In this document: positions 36,101-47,755 of the stretch, piece by piece
Layout of the letters: each line of letters begins with the position of its first letter
How positions within the stretch are numbered: position 1 is the stretch's first letter
Assembly (NCBI RefSeq): GCF_018977255.1
Contig: NW_024704742.1
Location: forward strand, 110,734,001-110,798,000
DNA length: 64,000 nucleotides
DNA from: Callorhinchus milii
Lineage: Eukaryota
Direction of reading: 5' to 3'
Position numbers and translations under genes: made by a program
Notes under the pieces: model-generated
What the model was told of the DNA's origin: nothing
Database searches by the model: none
What the model saw: the letters and a program-made list of their open reading frames with translations, nothing else

Positions 36101-36329
36101 TAGTCCCAAAATATCCCTTGGTAAAACACTTCCCACTCTGTCAACCACCTAAATGGTATGAAATTGGATTTACTTTATCATTATGTATGTGGAAAATTAA
36201 ATGCAGAAACAAGTATAGCTATGTGAATTTAACATTAGAACTGAGTTATAGTGAGAGATTTTATAAAACTTCCTGATAGTCATAGTTTTGAAACCGGCTG
36301 TGAAAACACATGCGAATTAAGAGATATTT

Positions 36330-36650
36330 CACTCAGGATTCACTGTAAAGTGCCATGAATGTGTATTTTAGGCTAACAAGGCAGGCAATTTTCAACGTCT
36401 CACAAGCAGCCATGAACTGAATGATCAATTTTATCTGGGGATTGCTGGCCAGGAGAGAAACACGCTTCTCTTTTCGAATAGAACCATAGGATCTTTAACA
36501 TCCACCTGAACAGACAGGTGGAACCTCGATTTAATGCCTCATTCAAGACACAGCATCTCCAAAAATACAGCACGCACCCAGCACTGTATTGGGCTTGAAC
36601 TCACAACCTTCTGGCTCAGAGGTGAGAGCACTATCAACTGAGCCAAGCTA
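36330..36650 (-). mobile_element. SINE family B (decayed, internally deleted)
   Basis: GGATCTTTAACATCCACCTGAACAG core and GGGCTTGAACTCACAACCTTCTGGCTCAGAGGTGAGAG head. Confidence 0.82.
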
Positions 36651-37048
36651 AAATATATTAACTGATACCTGAGTACCAACCTAATACTGCCAGTAGAGGT
36701 ACAACTGTGAATATTAATCACAAATGGAATAGATGCAAATGGAGAGAATGTGGAGTGGGCATAATTATCATATAGAAGTGCATAGTCAATGAAGACATTT
36801 GAAAATGCAAGTAGAGCTGATGAGAAGGAGCAGAGACCGATGAAGAATTAATAGGCTGGAGGAGAAGAGTGGTCCAATACACACAAGTGGAAACAGATTG
36901 ATGATATAAGCAATTAGCCAAATGAGCAAATGCCATGTTACAGTAAACAACAACATTCAGTCAAGGGAAAAATTAAATTATGACTACAGAGCAAAACATA
37001 TTTTAAACAATCACCCAAGGCAGATGCCCTTTGCTGACGATCCACCTA

Positions 37049-37275
37049 AGGCCTGAAATGTCACCAAATCTTGGCCTGTAAGATTATTTTGTTCTATGAT
37101 TTAAGATTGTGGAGAACTGTAGAAAATTCCTAAATTCTGTCTTAGCACAGAAGTTGATTTTCTCCACTTTTTTAAAAAACAACTGGCTTCCAAAATAAGA
37201 CTGAATTTTAGAATTTTCTACAGTTCTGAGCAATCTTAATTTTAAAATTTAAGACAAAATAGTTGGTGATATTTT
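37049..37275. mobile_element. Long imperfect palindrome (MITE-like)
   Basis: 37101-37144 versus the reverse complement of 37196-37239 gives 38/44 matches; outer AAATGTCACCAA pairs with TTGGTGATATTT. Confidence 0.7.
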
Positions 37276-38064
37276 GGGTCGAGTATTTATCCAGTTATAT
37301 GCCTGGCTTGCCAATAATTTGATGGGTAATTAACAACTCACAAACTCACTTCAAGTACAGCAAAGCAAGGAACTGCAGAATGTGGTACATTAAGATGATA
37401 AGAAAAGATTATTCAAAAGCCCTACTAACAATTTTGTAATTGGATACTGTTTGAGAATCACTGCCAAATATACAGCATTGCTTAATCACGTTGTTTGAAC
37501 AGTAGAACCCAGCAGCATAATTGAGCTCTTCTTGAATCAGTTCAATAGTCAATGCGATGACAAAAAAGAATTTGCATAGCCTTAGCGGCACTCTGGGGTA
37601 GCCATGTATAACAAGGCAAGGAACCTTACATTTGTGAAGAAGCTGTTGAGTTATGTAAAATCTAAAGTAAATCAATTAGCTAAAACCTCATTTAGTGGTG
37701 CACAATCTAGTAAGCCGCATTCAAAAAGTGCTGATCTCTCTCAATGCAATGAAGAGAAAAAAAAACAGAATTGTCAGCTTCTTACTAACTCATAAAGCAG
37801 TTTAATTATAGCATTATGATGCATGGATTTTGCATAAAATGGGCATTATTGTTTGAATGACATCATTGGACGATGAATCCTTCAAAGATGGTTCTAAACT
37901 TTAAGACACAAAACTCCATTCACAGCTTTGCACTTGTTTTCCCTAACTTATTATCCTGATTTTTTTCTGTTCTATAGTGTATATTCAAATTTAACATTTT
38001 GAGGCTTGGTTAACATTCAGGAAGATTATAAATGTACGTTGGGATGGGGGGAGGGGTCTGGGCA

Positions 38065-38465
38065 GGCAGCCTAGCTTAATTGATAATACTCTATGGTTGT
38101 TGAAAGTTATAAACTTACTACCCAGCCTGATACTCCAGGGGAGTACTGGGGCAACACTACATTGTTGGAGGTGCCATCCTTCAGATAAGACATTAAACTA
38201 AAGTTGCATCTGTCAATTTCTCAGTTCAGGTATATGTTAAGGAACCCATGACACACCTCGAAAAGAGAAGGGAATCTCTCCCAGTGTCCTGGTCAACAGC
38301 CACCCCACCTCCCCCATAAATATTGGATATACATTTCATGGTTGTTTGGTGGGACACTGCCCAGTTTGCCTACAAAATTGTCAATCCTGTGAAGTGCTTT
38401 GAGACATCAGCCTGACATGAAAGGAGCTATATGCAATGTAAGGATGAAAATTTATTATCATTATA
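38065..38465 (+). mobile_element. SINE family B (decayed)
   Basis: GTTGGAGGTGCCATCCTTCAGATAAGACATTAAAC Deu-like block plus the L2-type tail. Confidence 0.8.
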
Positions 38466-38775
38466 ATGTGGATCAAGTTAATAATGCTTCAAAGCTAAAG
38501 GTGAAGTATGATGGTTTGCTGAGTTTCATTTAAATGCCATGATTTACAAACTCTGAAAACATGCAGTATTTTATTATTCTGTACAATTTTACATTGCATT
38601 TTTCTGACAACTGGAAACAGAGAAAAATTAGAGGCATGAACCCATATACTGTAAGATACTGAAATCACAGTGGCTGCTGTTTTAATGTCATAATCATTTG
38701 CAAAACCTGACACTAATACCAAGGTGTTCAGAAGTGTCAACTGTTGTGCTATTGAGGCAATAAACATTATAATAT

Positions 38776-38930
38776 TAGTCATTCATTACATGGCTGTTTG
38801 TGATACTTTGCTGTGTGCAAATTGGCTTCTGTTTCTGCCTACAAAATATACAGTCACACCACTATACAGCATACCCTGTGAAGCACTCTGGAACATCTTC
38901 CTAACATGTCAGGTGCTATATAAAATGCAA
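38776..38930 (+). mobile_element. SINE 3' fragment
   Basis: GGCTGTTTGTGATACTTTGCTGTGTGCAAATTGGCT core plus tail. Confidence 0.8.
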
Positions 38931-39894
38931 ACATCACATCTGATCTTATACCTTAACCTGTGTTTTCTATCAAAAGCATGGACTATTTTAGAAGATGGCC
39001 AATGATGTTTTGGTTTTTGTAGTCTTTCCATCCTGCTTTACAGTTTAACAGCTTAACTAAATCGATATCCTGCATAGCAACACCTGAAATACCGTTTCTG
39101 CCTCGTAAAGTGTCATTTGCACTGGGCAGGAATCCAAGATGACAGCTCTTGGTTTTTGAACACCACCCATTATTCAGAAGTTGCAATTTATTGATAAAGA
39201 ACAGAATACATTTAGAAATAATGCAATTTTCACACTCAGTTATTTTGAAAGAACAGTGATTAAGCTTAACCATCCGTTCCTTATTGATATGGATATCATC
39301 TTAAAATAAAAAATTAAAATCAGTTGTTCCATAGCTATTGCTACTTATATACTTATATCTTTGCTAGAAGCAAAGTTTCACATCACTGCAAATCAAAAAT
39401 AAAACAAAAGGTTTTAGAGTTCTGTACATGGAATGAGCATTTTCCAATTATAATCATATTACAAAACATTTGCTAGTATTAGTGAGTTAGATGTGCACTG
39501 TCAAATCTCACACAAGAATAAGAGCCTGAAGGGTGACAGTAGTCTGCAGCACACTACATCAGTAAACTGAAAATATGGAATAAAATGTATTCTGGAGAGA
39601 AGATTGACTAGAATAAAACAAATGTATCTAAACTAATGTCCATCTCTGTATCTGTGCACATTCCTTTTGGTCATTTAAAAGCATATCTCATTTTGGTAAT
39701 TCCAGCGAGATATATATAACATTTCCTTGGAGACAAAATAGCTTCAGCCTTTTTATTTAATTTCCTAAGGAGATCTTTCCAACTCACGTTGCACCAGGAA
39801 TACTTATGAAAGACAAACAGTAATGCAGATCAATTCAGATCATAATTTTATGGTTTGCTCCTTTGTCCTCCTTTGCACAGCTACAGGTAGCTGG

Positions 39895-40060
39895 TACAAA
39901 TATGCTCAAGGTTATGAAGGTTAGGACAAATTCCGGGAAATATTTATTTATACAGAGGGCAATCAACAGCTGGAACAGTACACTAGGTAGAGTGCAAGAG
40001 GCCAGGACATTGAATACAATCGGAAGTTGCATGAAGGTATTCTGAAAGCATGAGATTGGA
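39895..40060 (+). mobile_element. Decayed CR1 3' fragment
   Basis: KVRTNSGKYLFIQRAINSWNS resembles the CR1 C-terminal FFTQRVVNVWNSLP. Confidence 0.7.
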
Positions 40061-40844
40061 TGAGATCTGTTAACTCAACACAAAGCACAAATCATACGTG
40101 TGATTTCCCTTGTCTATTAGGATTAGTAACACACCAAGTCTGCATCTGCTCACTATCCATTGAGGGAACAGAAAGTGTTTTTTCAAAATAATTTCTATGG
40201 TGTGTCACTATTCTAAATTGTACCACCTCCTTCCATTCTGTCTCTGAATGCTATAGAAAAAGTGAGCTTCCACGGCTGTCACTGACCTGTGTGACAGAGT
40301 CAGGCAATGAGTAGGTGGGGACATGGAGTCTCAGTTCCTTCAGCCCATTTACATTCAGAATGACAGGTCCAGTGACGAGTTGGAGCATATTTGCAGTTTG
40401 ATCAAGACTGCTGATTAGTTTACCGTTCTTCTCCTTGATATTTACTTGAAAAATATTTTTGTCAGAACACTGACAGGAGAATGACAATATTGCATTAATA
40501 ACCTCCAGTGTAAATTAACACATATCCTTTCAATACCAGTTTTGCAGCAGAAATTTTACTAAATTCCTCTGAAGCACATTTTTGGGATAAAATAGCAAAG
40601 CAATGATGACCTTAAATGTGAAAAGCTGAGTCTGTGAACATCTATATAATATTCCTCGCCTTTTAAAATAGCCTTGCTATGGACAAGGAGTTGGTAAACT
40701 GTAATTCTCCACTCAATTATATTTGGTTTTAGCTTCTTGAGGAAAAGTGGGTGATTTGTTATTGTTTAAACAAAGGACTGAAATAACCTTATTTGCATAT
40801 TCTTCCAAATGTGGTATTTATGATATATGATATCAGTACATATA

Positions 40845-41269
40845 AACAAATTTTATATGCTGTCTCATCATGTTGAAACATTTTAAATCACTTTACAAAG
40901 TTTTCTGTAATGTGTAGTTACTGTGCACTTGAAGACAAACATGGCAGTCAATTTATACACATCAGTATTCACAAAAAGCCAAGAAAGTGAATGATTATTT
41001 TTCTTCTCTGGGGAATCCTTGACCAAGACATGAGAGAAACACTCTTCCCTTTTTAAATAGCGCCATAAGGTCTTTAAGATCCACTTGAATGGGCAGATCA
41101 GATGTCAGTTTAATATCTGACATGAAGGACAGAACTGTGACAATGGAAAACTCCCCCAGCACTATATTAGAATACCAGCCTAAACTACGATCATAGTGCC
41201 AACTTGGGGTTTGAACCCACAACCTTCTAACTCAGAGGTAAGAGTGCTACCAACTGAGTCAGGTTGACA
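40845..41269 (-). mobile_element. SINE family B, near full length and decayed
   Basis: Head GGGTTTGAACCCACAACCTTCTAACTCAGAGGTAAGAGTGCTACCAACTGAG; core GCCATAAGGTCTTTAAGATCCAC. Confidence 0.82.
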
Positions 41270-41939
41270 TATGTGGACTACCAATGCATTTATTTAACAC
41301 TTTTTATAATCTTTTTATAAGGTTTAGTTGAAACTTCAAACCCGCCTCTTCTCCAACTTTTCGTAATATTGTATTGTCTTTGTTTTGGGTAACAAATTTT
41401 GTAGATGACAGTTATTCAGTGGTAAAAAGCACAATTGTGAATAATATTCCCAAGCAATGACTAACATATAACATTCTTAACACTGAAATAAATGATATTT
41501 GAATATTTTAGTCTTTTTAAACTCAAACATTTTGACGGTGGTATCTTTTTTAGTTGACGTGTGATGCTCAGTCAGAAAGTGTTCCATTATTTTCAGCTCT
41601 TTTCAATTCACATTTCCATAACGAGAAAATGAGAATTTAGTAAACTCACATTGCTCCAGCAGGAGTATTCTAGCAAGAACAGAGATCCTCCCTTAAGACT
41701 TCAGCACAATTAGTCGAATGTTCAATCAGTCGGCGGATATTAACTGTTTCCTGTATGTTCAGGCTGCCAGCTGCCTGCCAATTCACTTCATTATTATGTT
41801 TTATTCCAAACCCTAGGCTTGGAAGTCTATGAGCATCTAACACATATATCAATTAAACATCATTACTGAGCCCTGAATGTATGCTGTCACATTCCTAGAC
41901 TTACTCCTATTGGATTTTATTCAACGTTAGCTTCATTTA

Positions 41940-42213
41940 ATAATAAAAATATTCCTTGCATTTGTTAGAGCTCCTTATCACGTTTTGGAGATGTCTCAAA
42001 GCGCTTTACAGAATATACTGCAAAGTGAATTGACTGTATATTTTGTGGGCAAAACGCGGCAGCCAATTGCGCACAGCAGTGTCCCACAAACAGTCGTGGA
42101 TTGAGTGATCAAATTATTATTATTATTTTTTTAAAGGGATTATTACCCCCTGGAAAAGCGATCCACGAATCGACTAACAAGCGGGTTCCTACTTACTGCC
42201 AGGTAAACAGAGG
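41940..42213 (-). mobile_element. SINE family A, long variant, 5'-truncated
   Basis: Tail, core and the long-variant block (reverse complement CCTCTGTTTACCTGGCAGTAAGTAGGAACC). Confidence 0.9.
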
Positions 42214-42504
42214 GTTGTGGTTAAGAGTTATAAGAGTTTGGAAGTTGTTCACATTCTTGTGTAGCTCCCTCTACAATGAGAAAAATGATGTGGTTCCTAC
42301 AGGTCCAGGGCATTTTAAGGTAATGCATAAAAGTTGCATAAGCTTCCCATCAACATGCAAATGTTGGTAGCCACCACCATGTGGTTTGCATTGCCATCGA
42401 TTTGAATGACTAAAAGCAAATTATCAAGGGTGAAATGGACATCTACAAAAGAGAGGCTGTCAAATATTCTTCATCATAAAATAAGCCCATTGTAATAAAA
42501 ATAA

Positions 42505-42610
42505 ATAATTACAATCCGTGAATTTGATATAGGGCCGTTCACGTCAGAATCTCAAACCACTTCACATAATATATATTAAAAATTGTAGCAACTGTGTATT
42601 TTGTAGGTGA
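42505..42610 (-). mobile_element. SINE 3' tail fragment
   Basis: AATCCGTGAATTTGATATAGGGCCGTTCACGTCAG. Confidence 0.65.
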
Positions 42611-43495
42611 ACATAATCTGATAAACACTACACTATTCAGTGATATATATGCTGGATATGCACACATATTACATGCACTATCTATTTACATTTTTCATCT
42701 GGATATACAAGTGCTGGAATTGAAAATATTTGAACATTACATAGGTGATGTTTGAAAAGACCATTCCAGTTGTCTTTGGGGAATTTCAGATGAATTTGTC
42801 CTAAGTATAGTAAACAAATATATAGTAAGTTTAAAAAGCTATTCTCCAAGTCGATTGTCACAACCTGCCAGCTGCAACATAGGTTATTGTCTGTGTGTCT
42901 TAAACCAAAAATACATTTGGATTTCCAAATCTAGAGAGACTATTATTTTGTATTTAGATCAGTAGCGCTATGGGCTATTAGGATGTAAAGACTTTTTATT
43001 TCGAACTTCAGTGGCCCCATGTAGAACGGGAGTATGCCTTTCTGAGAATGCCTGTTTAATATTTCAGTGCTCCCAATCCCAGTGTTGTGATACCAGGATT
43101 ATGAATCTCATTACAAAACATCCGTATTTTACTACTAGATATAGTGTGTTTCATTGCTAGCATAAGTGTAGGAGATACAAGGTATGTGGTTCACTGAATA
43201 TAATGTATGTAATTCCATGCGTAGTGTATTATTTCAGGGTGTGATATGTGCACTTCATTATATAGTGCATGAGGTTTCACAATATGATGCATATGGCTGC
43301 AGGCTTTGAATTATACAAGTCCCTAATGTCCCCCCCACTGTTCTCCTGGTTGCCAACTTATGCATTCCCCTTGCAGATGTTTAAAAGAAGTTAAAGCAGT
43401 CTTAAGGCATTTTTATTCACGCCTGTGATTTGCAGGAGATAACATTTCAGAAAACAACGCATGGGACTGGGCATGTGTCTTCACATCCATCTACA

Positions 43496-43822
43496 GTGGA
43501 GTCCTGTAGCTCAGTGGTTAGACCACTCGCTTTGCAAGCGAGAGACCTGAGTTCAATTCCAGGCAGGGTGAAACCTTGGGCAAGTCTCCTTACTCCACAC
43601 GCCTAATAATAATCCCTCCAAAAAAACAAAAACAATAATTAAATTGGTCATTTTCAATCTACGACTGTTTGTGGGACATTGCTGTGCGCAATTGGCTGCC
43701 GCGTTCGCCCACAAATATACAGTCAATTCACTTTACAGTGTGTTCTGTGAAGCGCTTTGGGACGTCCTCCTGACGTGAAAAGCGCTATATCAAATGCAAG
43801 GATTATTATTATTATTATTATT
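43496..43822 (+). mobile_element. Full-length SINE family A, short variant (young)
   Basis: Intact A and B boxes, many retained CpGs, (ATT)n tail; nearly identical to the reverse complement of 389-712. Confidence 0.95.
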
Positions 43823-45417
43823 ACAGCAGAAACTGTTGTGATTTTTTTTCAATTAAATCTTTCTTTATCCATCGCTTGCCCTCGTCATACCCTCTCCACC
43901 TCCTCCGAAATTTTTTCCCAAACTCCCCATCTGAAAAGAAGTCACAGTATCACAACGGGATAAACTTAGAAAATCGCAAATGCCTTCACGGAGGTCAGAA
44001 ATGTTTTGAAAATCTATTGCCTCCTCCTCTTTCTCCCCACCATCTCAGTTTGGACTGGAAAGGATTAATTCTGTTTCAGATTTGTTGTTTTATTACACTA
44101 CTCATCTACCAGCATTCCTCCATTTCCTCCAATCAGGATTAAGTCAGTTATGACAGATTCACATCTGGAATTCATGAGATTCTGTCACTGACATCAGGGT
44201 GCACAACTAACACACTGTGAAGCTACGTGACACACAGCAGCAGCCAAATGTTGTGGAGGCAAACTGAGGGTGATGTAGTTTTAAAAAATCCAACTGCTTT
44301 ATATTGGTCCAGTCATCATGATGAACTGTGTACTAAACATTTAAAGCAAAGCAATCTCTGGGTCTGTAAGTATCATTGAATAGACCACAAGTATACCAGT
44401 AAAAACTGCACACAAGATGAAAAAGCTAGAATTGAAGCAACCCAAGCATAGAATAATCTCAATCTAACCTTCTCTCTATGGATATAAAAAGCCAAACAGC
44501 AATAACACTGACTGTGGTACTTCGGGGCCTGTCTGTTTTCTGTTGTGCCAAAGCAGACCTAATCAGTCGCACGGGTCATGAATAAAACGTAACCAGAAAA
44601 AATTGTATTTTCAATCGAGACTGAAAAGAAGGTTCCTGTACTAAAAGATGTGCTGTCAAAGCATATCTCCCTACAATATATTCTAACAAAAAAATAATAT
44701 TCTACTTCATATGATAATCATAATTAATATTGTCCAGCCTAATACTTATAAAACAAAATACTCTATTAGGAATCTAGCACAAACCAATCAAGTGTATTCA
44801 AGAAACCAATGTGAATCTCAGAACATTACAGCAACAAGTTTGATTTTCAGATCAATTAAGAATTAATGATTTGGTTTCAAGTTACACAACGTGTTGGTTG
44901 CAGATTACATCAGATATTCAAAAGGGGAGATGTAATGTACATCATAAAATCCAACTTGTGTTATAATTTTTTCTAACACTGACAAACTAGAAATGCACTT
45001 TTGAGTAAAAGGTGATAACATACGATATTAAAAGCTATAATAAAATAGCCCTTCACTGGAATGTGACAAGATCATTCTGAAAAGTATTGACAGCGTCTAT
45101 ATCTATCTCGGGGGATGTGGTTGTACATTTATAAAAAAAAGCATGAATTATTAATCTTCATATATCCCGGTTGTCTGCGGAATGCACAGATAAATCTATA
45201 TGTACAAACAAATGGAGAAGGAAACCACACACAGCGCATTTTCTATAAGATGGAAAATGCAGTAGACTCTATGCAATTAATAAAAAGAAGGGGAATGATG
45301 GATATCAGAATAACCTTTAGAGGCTTGGTGCAGCCTTAGTATCTGAGAGTTATGAAGGTCTTTCACATGCTGGGAAGTGTACAGCACTGTCATTGCCTGA
45401 TGTTCTGTTTATTCTGT

Positions 45418-45585
45418 GGGTCTGGTTTTTGACTGCGGTATGGAACATGCCCACGCACCATTAAGCGATAATTAACCGCAGTTAGTTAACATTTCTATTT
45501 TCACTGCAGTTAATTATCGGGTTCTCGAGCTGTGGAATTATGGCTAACGCTCACGGAACCTGCCAAATTATCATGAGAATCTATT
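45418..45585. other. Hairpin element (MITE-like or ancient palindromic repeat)
   Basis: CGATAATTAACCGCAGT (45466-45482) pairs with ACTGCAGTTAATTATCG (45503-45519), 16/17 matches. Confidence 0.55.
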
Positions 45586-47614
45586 CTCTATAGTTTGGTT
45601 TTGTGCTGCAAAAACAGAATTTTTAAAAAAATATATCAAAGAATAATAGATCTTTAACACTGTATAAAATCAACTGTTACTAACTAAAATAATTGCAGCC
45701 TGCTCTAAAAGCTGTTCATTTGAATAGGCACAAAGCAGCAATTTAGCCATAAGGGAATAGTGATGGACAGTCAATTTGGTAGCAACTATTTTAACACAAT
45801 TTCGAACTGCTACAGATACCAAGGATTATTAATCGACACACCCACTTGCGCATCAGAAAGATTACGGAATTAAATCTCTGCCTGCATTAAATTTACAGGA
45901 ATTTAAAAAAAACAGTCTCGAGTGTTCCTAGAAGTGGAAGAAATGCCGAAAAAATATAATTGTTACACATTTAAAAGAAAGGAAAGTAGGCAATTTATGA
46001 AATACAGTAGAGCCTCAAGTAGCGGAATTTTCCTATCGCCAGATGGATTCTCAAAAAAAATCCTTTTCGATTATTTTGCCCCATATATCGTAACCATAAT
46101 ATCAGCAGTGCTATCTCAGTGAAACAGTGGTAAATGGAATTCTTCCTCAATTTTTATAAAGTTCGGTGACATAAAGTAATTGAAACTCCTATCTGCGTTC
46201 TGCACCTGATAACAATCTGGATCAGTGCTGTGTTTTAATCTTCCAAAGACTCTGCATCTGTCAGGGAACCAAACCTGCTCAGCCCAGTTGTACTGATTAA
46301 AGCCCCACAGATTATTTGTCAAACAAATCCTAGAACCCAATATTTGTTTTTTTTTATTTAATTGGCATGCAAATGGGTGCAAATGGGGGGAACAAGACAG
46401 CCTATGTGTCCGATACAGTTGTCACTTCCAATCCTAGTTACATTCATTATCATGCTTGCAGCTGCTTTTTACACACCTAACAGCTGCCAATATTACCTCA
46501 ACCCCAGGAAGTCGACAAACCTGCACAAACTTCCTTTCGTTCTTATCTGTTCTGTGCACACTAATTCCATGCATCTGAGGCCTTCGCTCGCCAGAATTAT
46601 GCCTGCTTCCTAACACCTCCGTCTCCAGAGCTTTGCATTTGAAATTGAACAGACACAGAGCCAATTTATCATAGCCTGACATGTGTCATGTTCAAGGCAT
46701 AACCAGAGGGACCTACTGTATGAGGTGTATTTATCCTTTTGTTGTTAGTATGGTCCCAGACAATATGAGCCGCTATTACAGTAGAAAATCAACAGTAATA
46801 ACTGAACAACCAGATCCTTGCTAATAAATTTTATTCAGAATACTGGCAAGGCGGTAATAAACTGCATTTCACCTGGTCAACCTCTGTTTGACAAAGCATC
46901 GCCAATCCTTTTTAAAAAAAATCAGCACAACAAGAGTCTGGCATGTTGGCATGTTCACAACCAGACTGCAGAGCATGATCTTGCCATTCTGGTATTATCT
47001 ATAGCTAGAAACCACTGAGAAGCAAAGCAAAAATCATTGCGGCAGCAAATAATGAACAATTGTTTTGTAGATGTGACGCACAAGGTTTTAAAAAGCACCA
47101 ATGCTGTACCAGGATAAGCCACAGCTTCTGTTGCAACTTGCAAATGCCTTAAAATAGAAGAGTTGCAATGTGACACCACAAAAAGTATTTCTCTGGAAGG
47201 CACCTATTTTGACAGAAATGATTTATTGGGCATTATTTCCAATCACAAAATCTTCAATAATTAAAAATGTTGCTATGGTTACAGAAGAGGTGAGTTGATG
47301 TCAAGACATTTCAGGTCTGTTTTATAAACTGTCAAATGTATATTTTATATATTTGCACATATAAGTCACAAAACTCAGGTAAATGTTCAACACAAATTTT
47401 AATAAATAAAAACGATCATAGGAAGAGAGTGTGTGAGGAGGGAACAGGCAGAGAGAAGAGTTTAACTCCTCTTCGCCCACATGCATACATCATCTCCGCA
47501 TTTGTGCACTGCTGTTAAAAATCAAAACGGAACAAACACGAGGCATCATATCGTGATCCCGACTTTAAATACAGTACATGATGCAGTGTTTAACTATCAT
47601 ACCTAATCTAAAAT

Positions 47615-47755
47615 ATAACAACTTACATTTATACAACATCTTTCAGGTAGGACAATGTCTTGGAGTGCTTAAATAGCATGGCCTAATTACAATACAATTC
47701 AGTTTACATTTATATAGCACCTTTCACGTAGGCAAGATCTCTCAAAACACTTGAG
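47615..47755 (-). mobile_element. Two short L2/SINE tail remnants
   Basis: ACAACTTACATTTATACAACATCTTTCAGGTAGG and TTTACATTTATATAGCACCTTTCACGTAGG. Confidence 0.6.

Noticed and set aside
35757..36152. 131-aa hydrophobic membrane-protein-like ORF
   Set aside because: The T/C-rich low-complexity tract lacks stop codons and yields F/L/S residues by composition alone.
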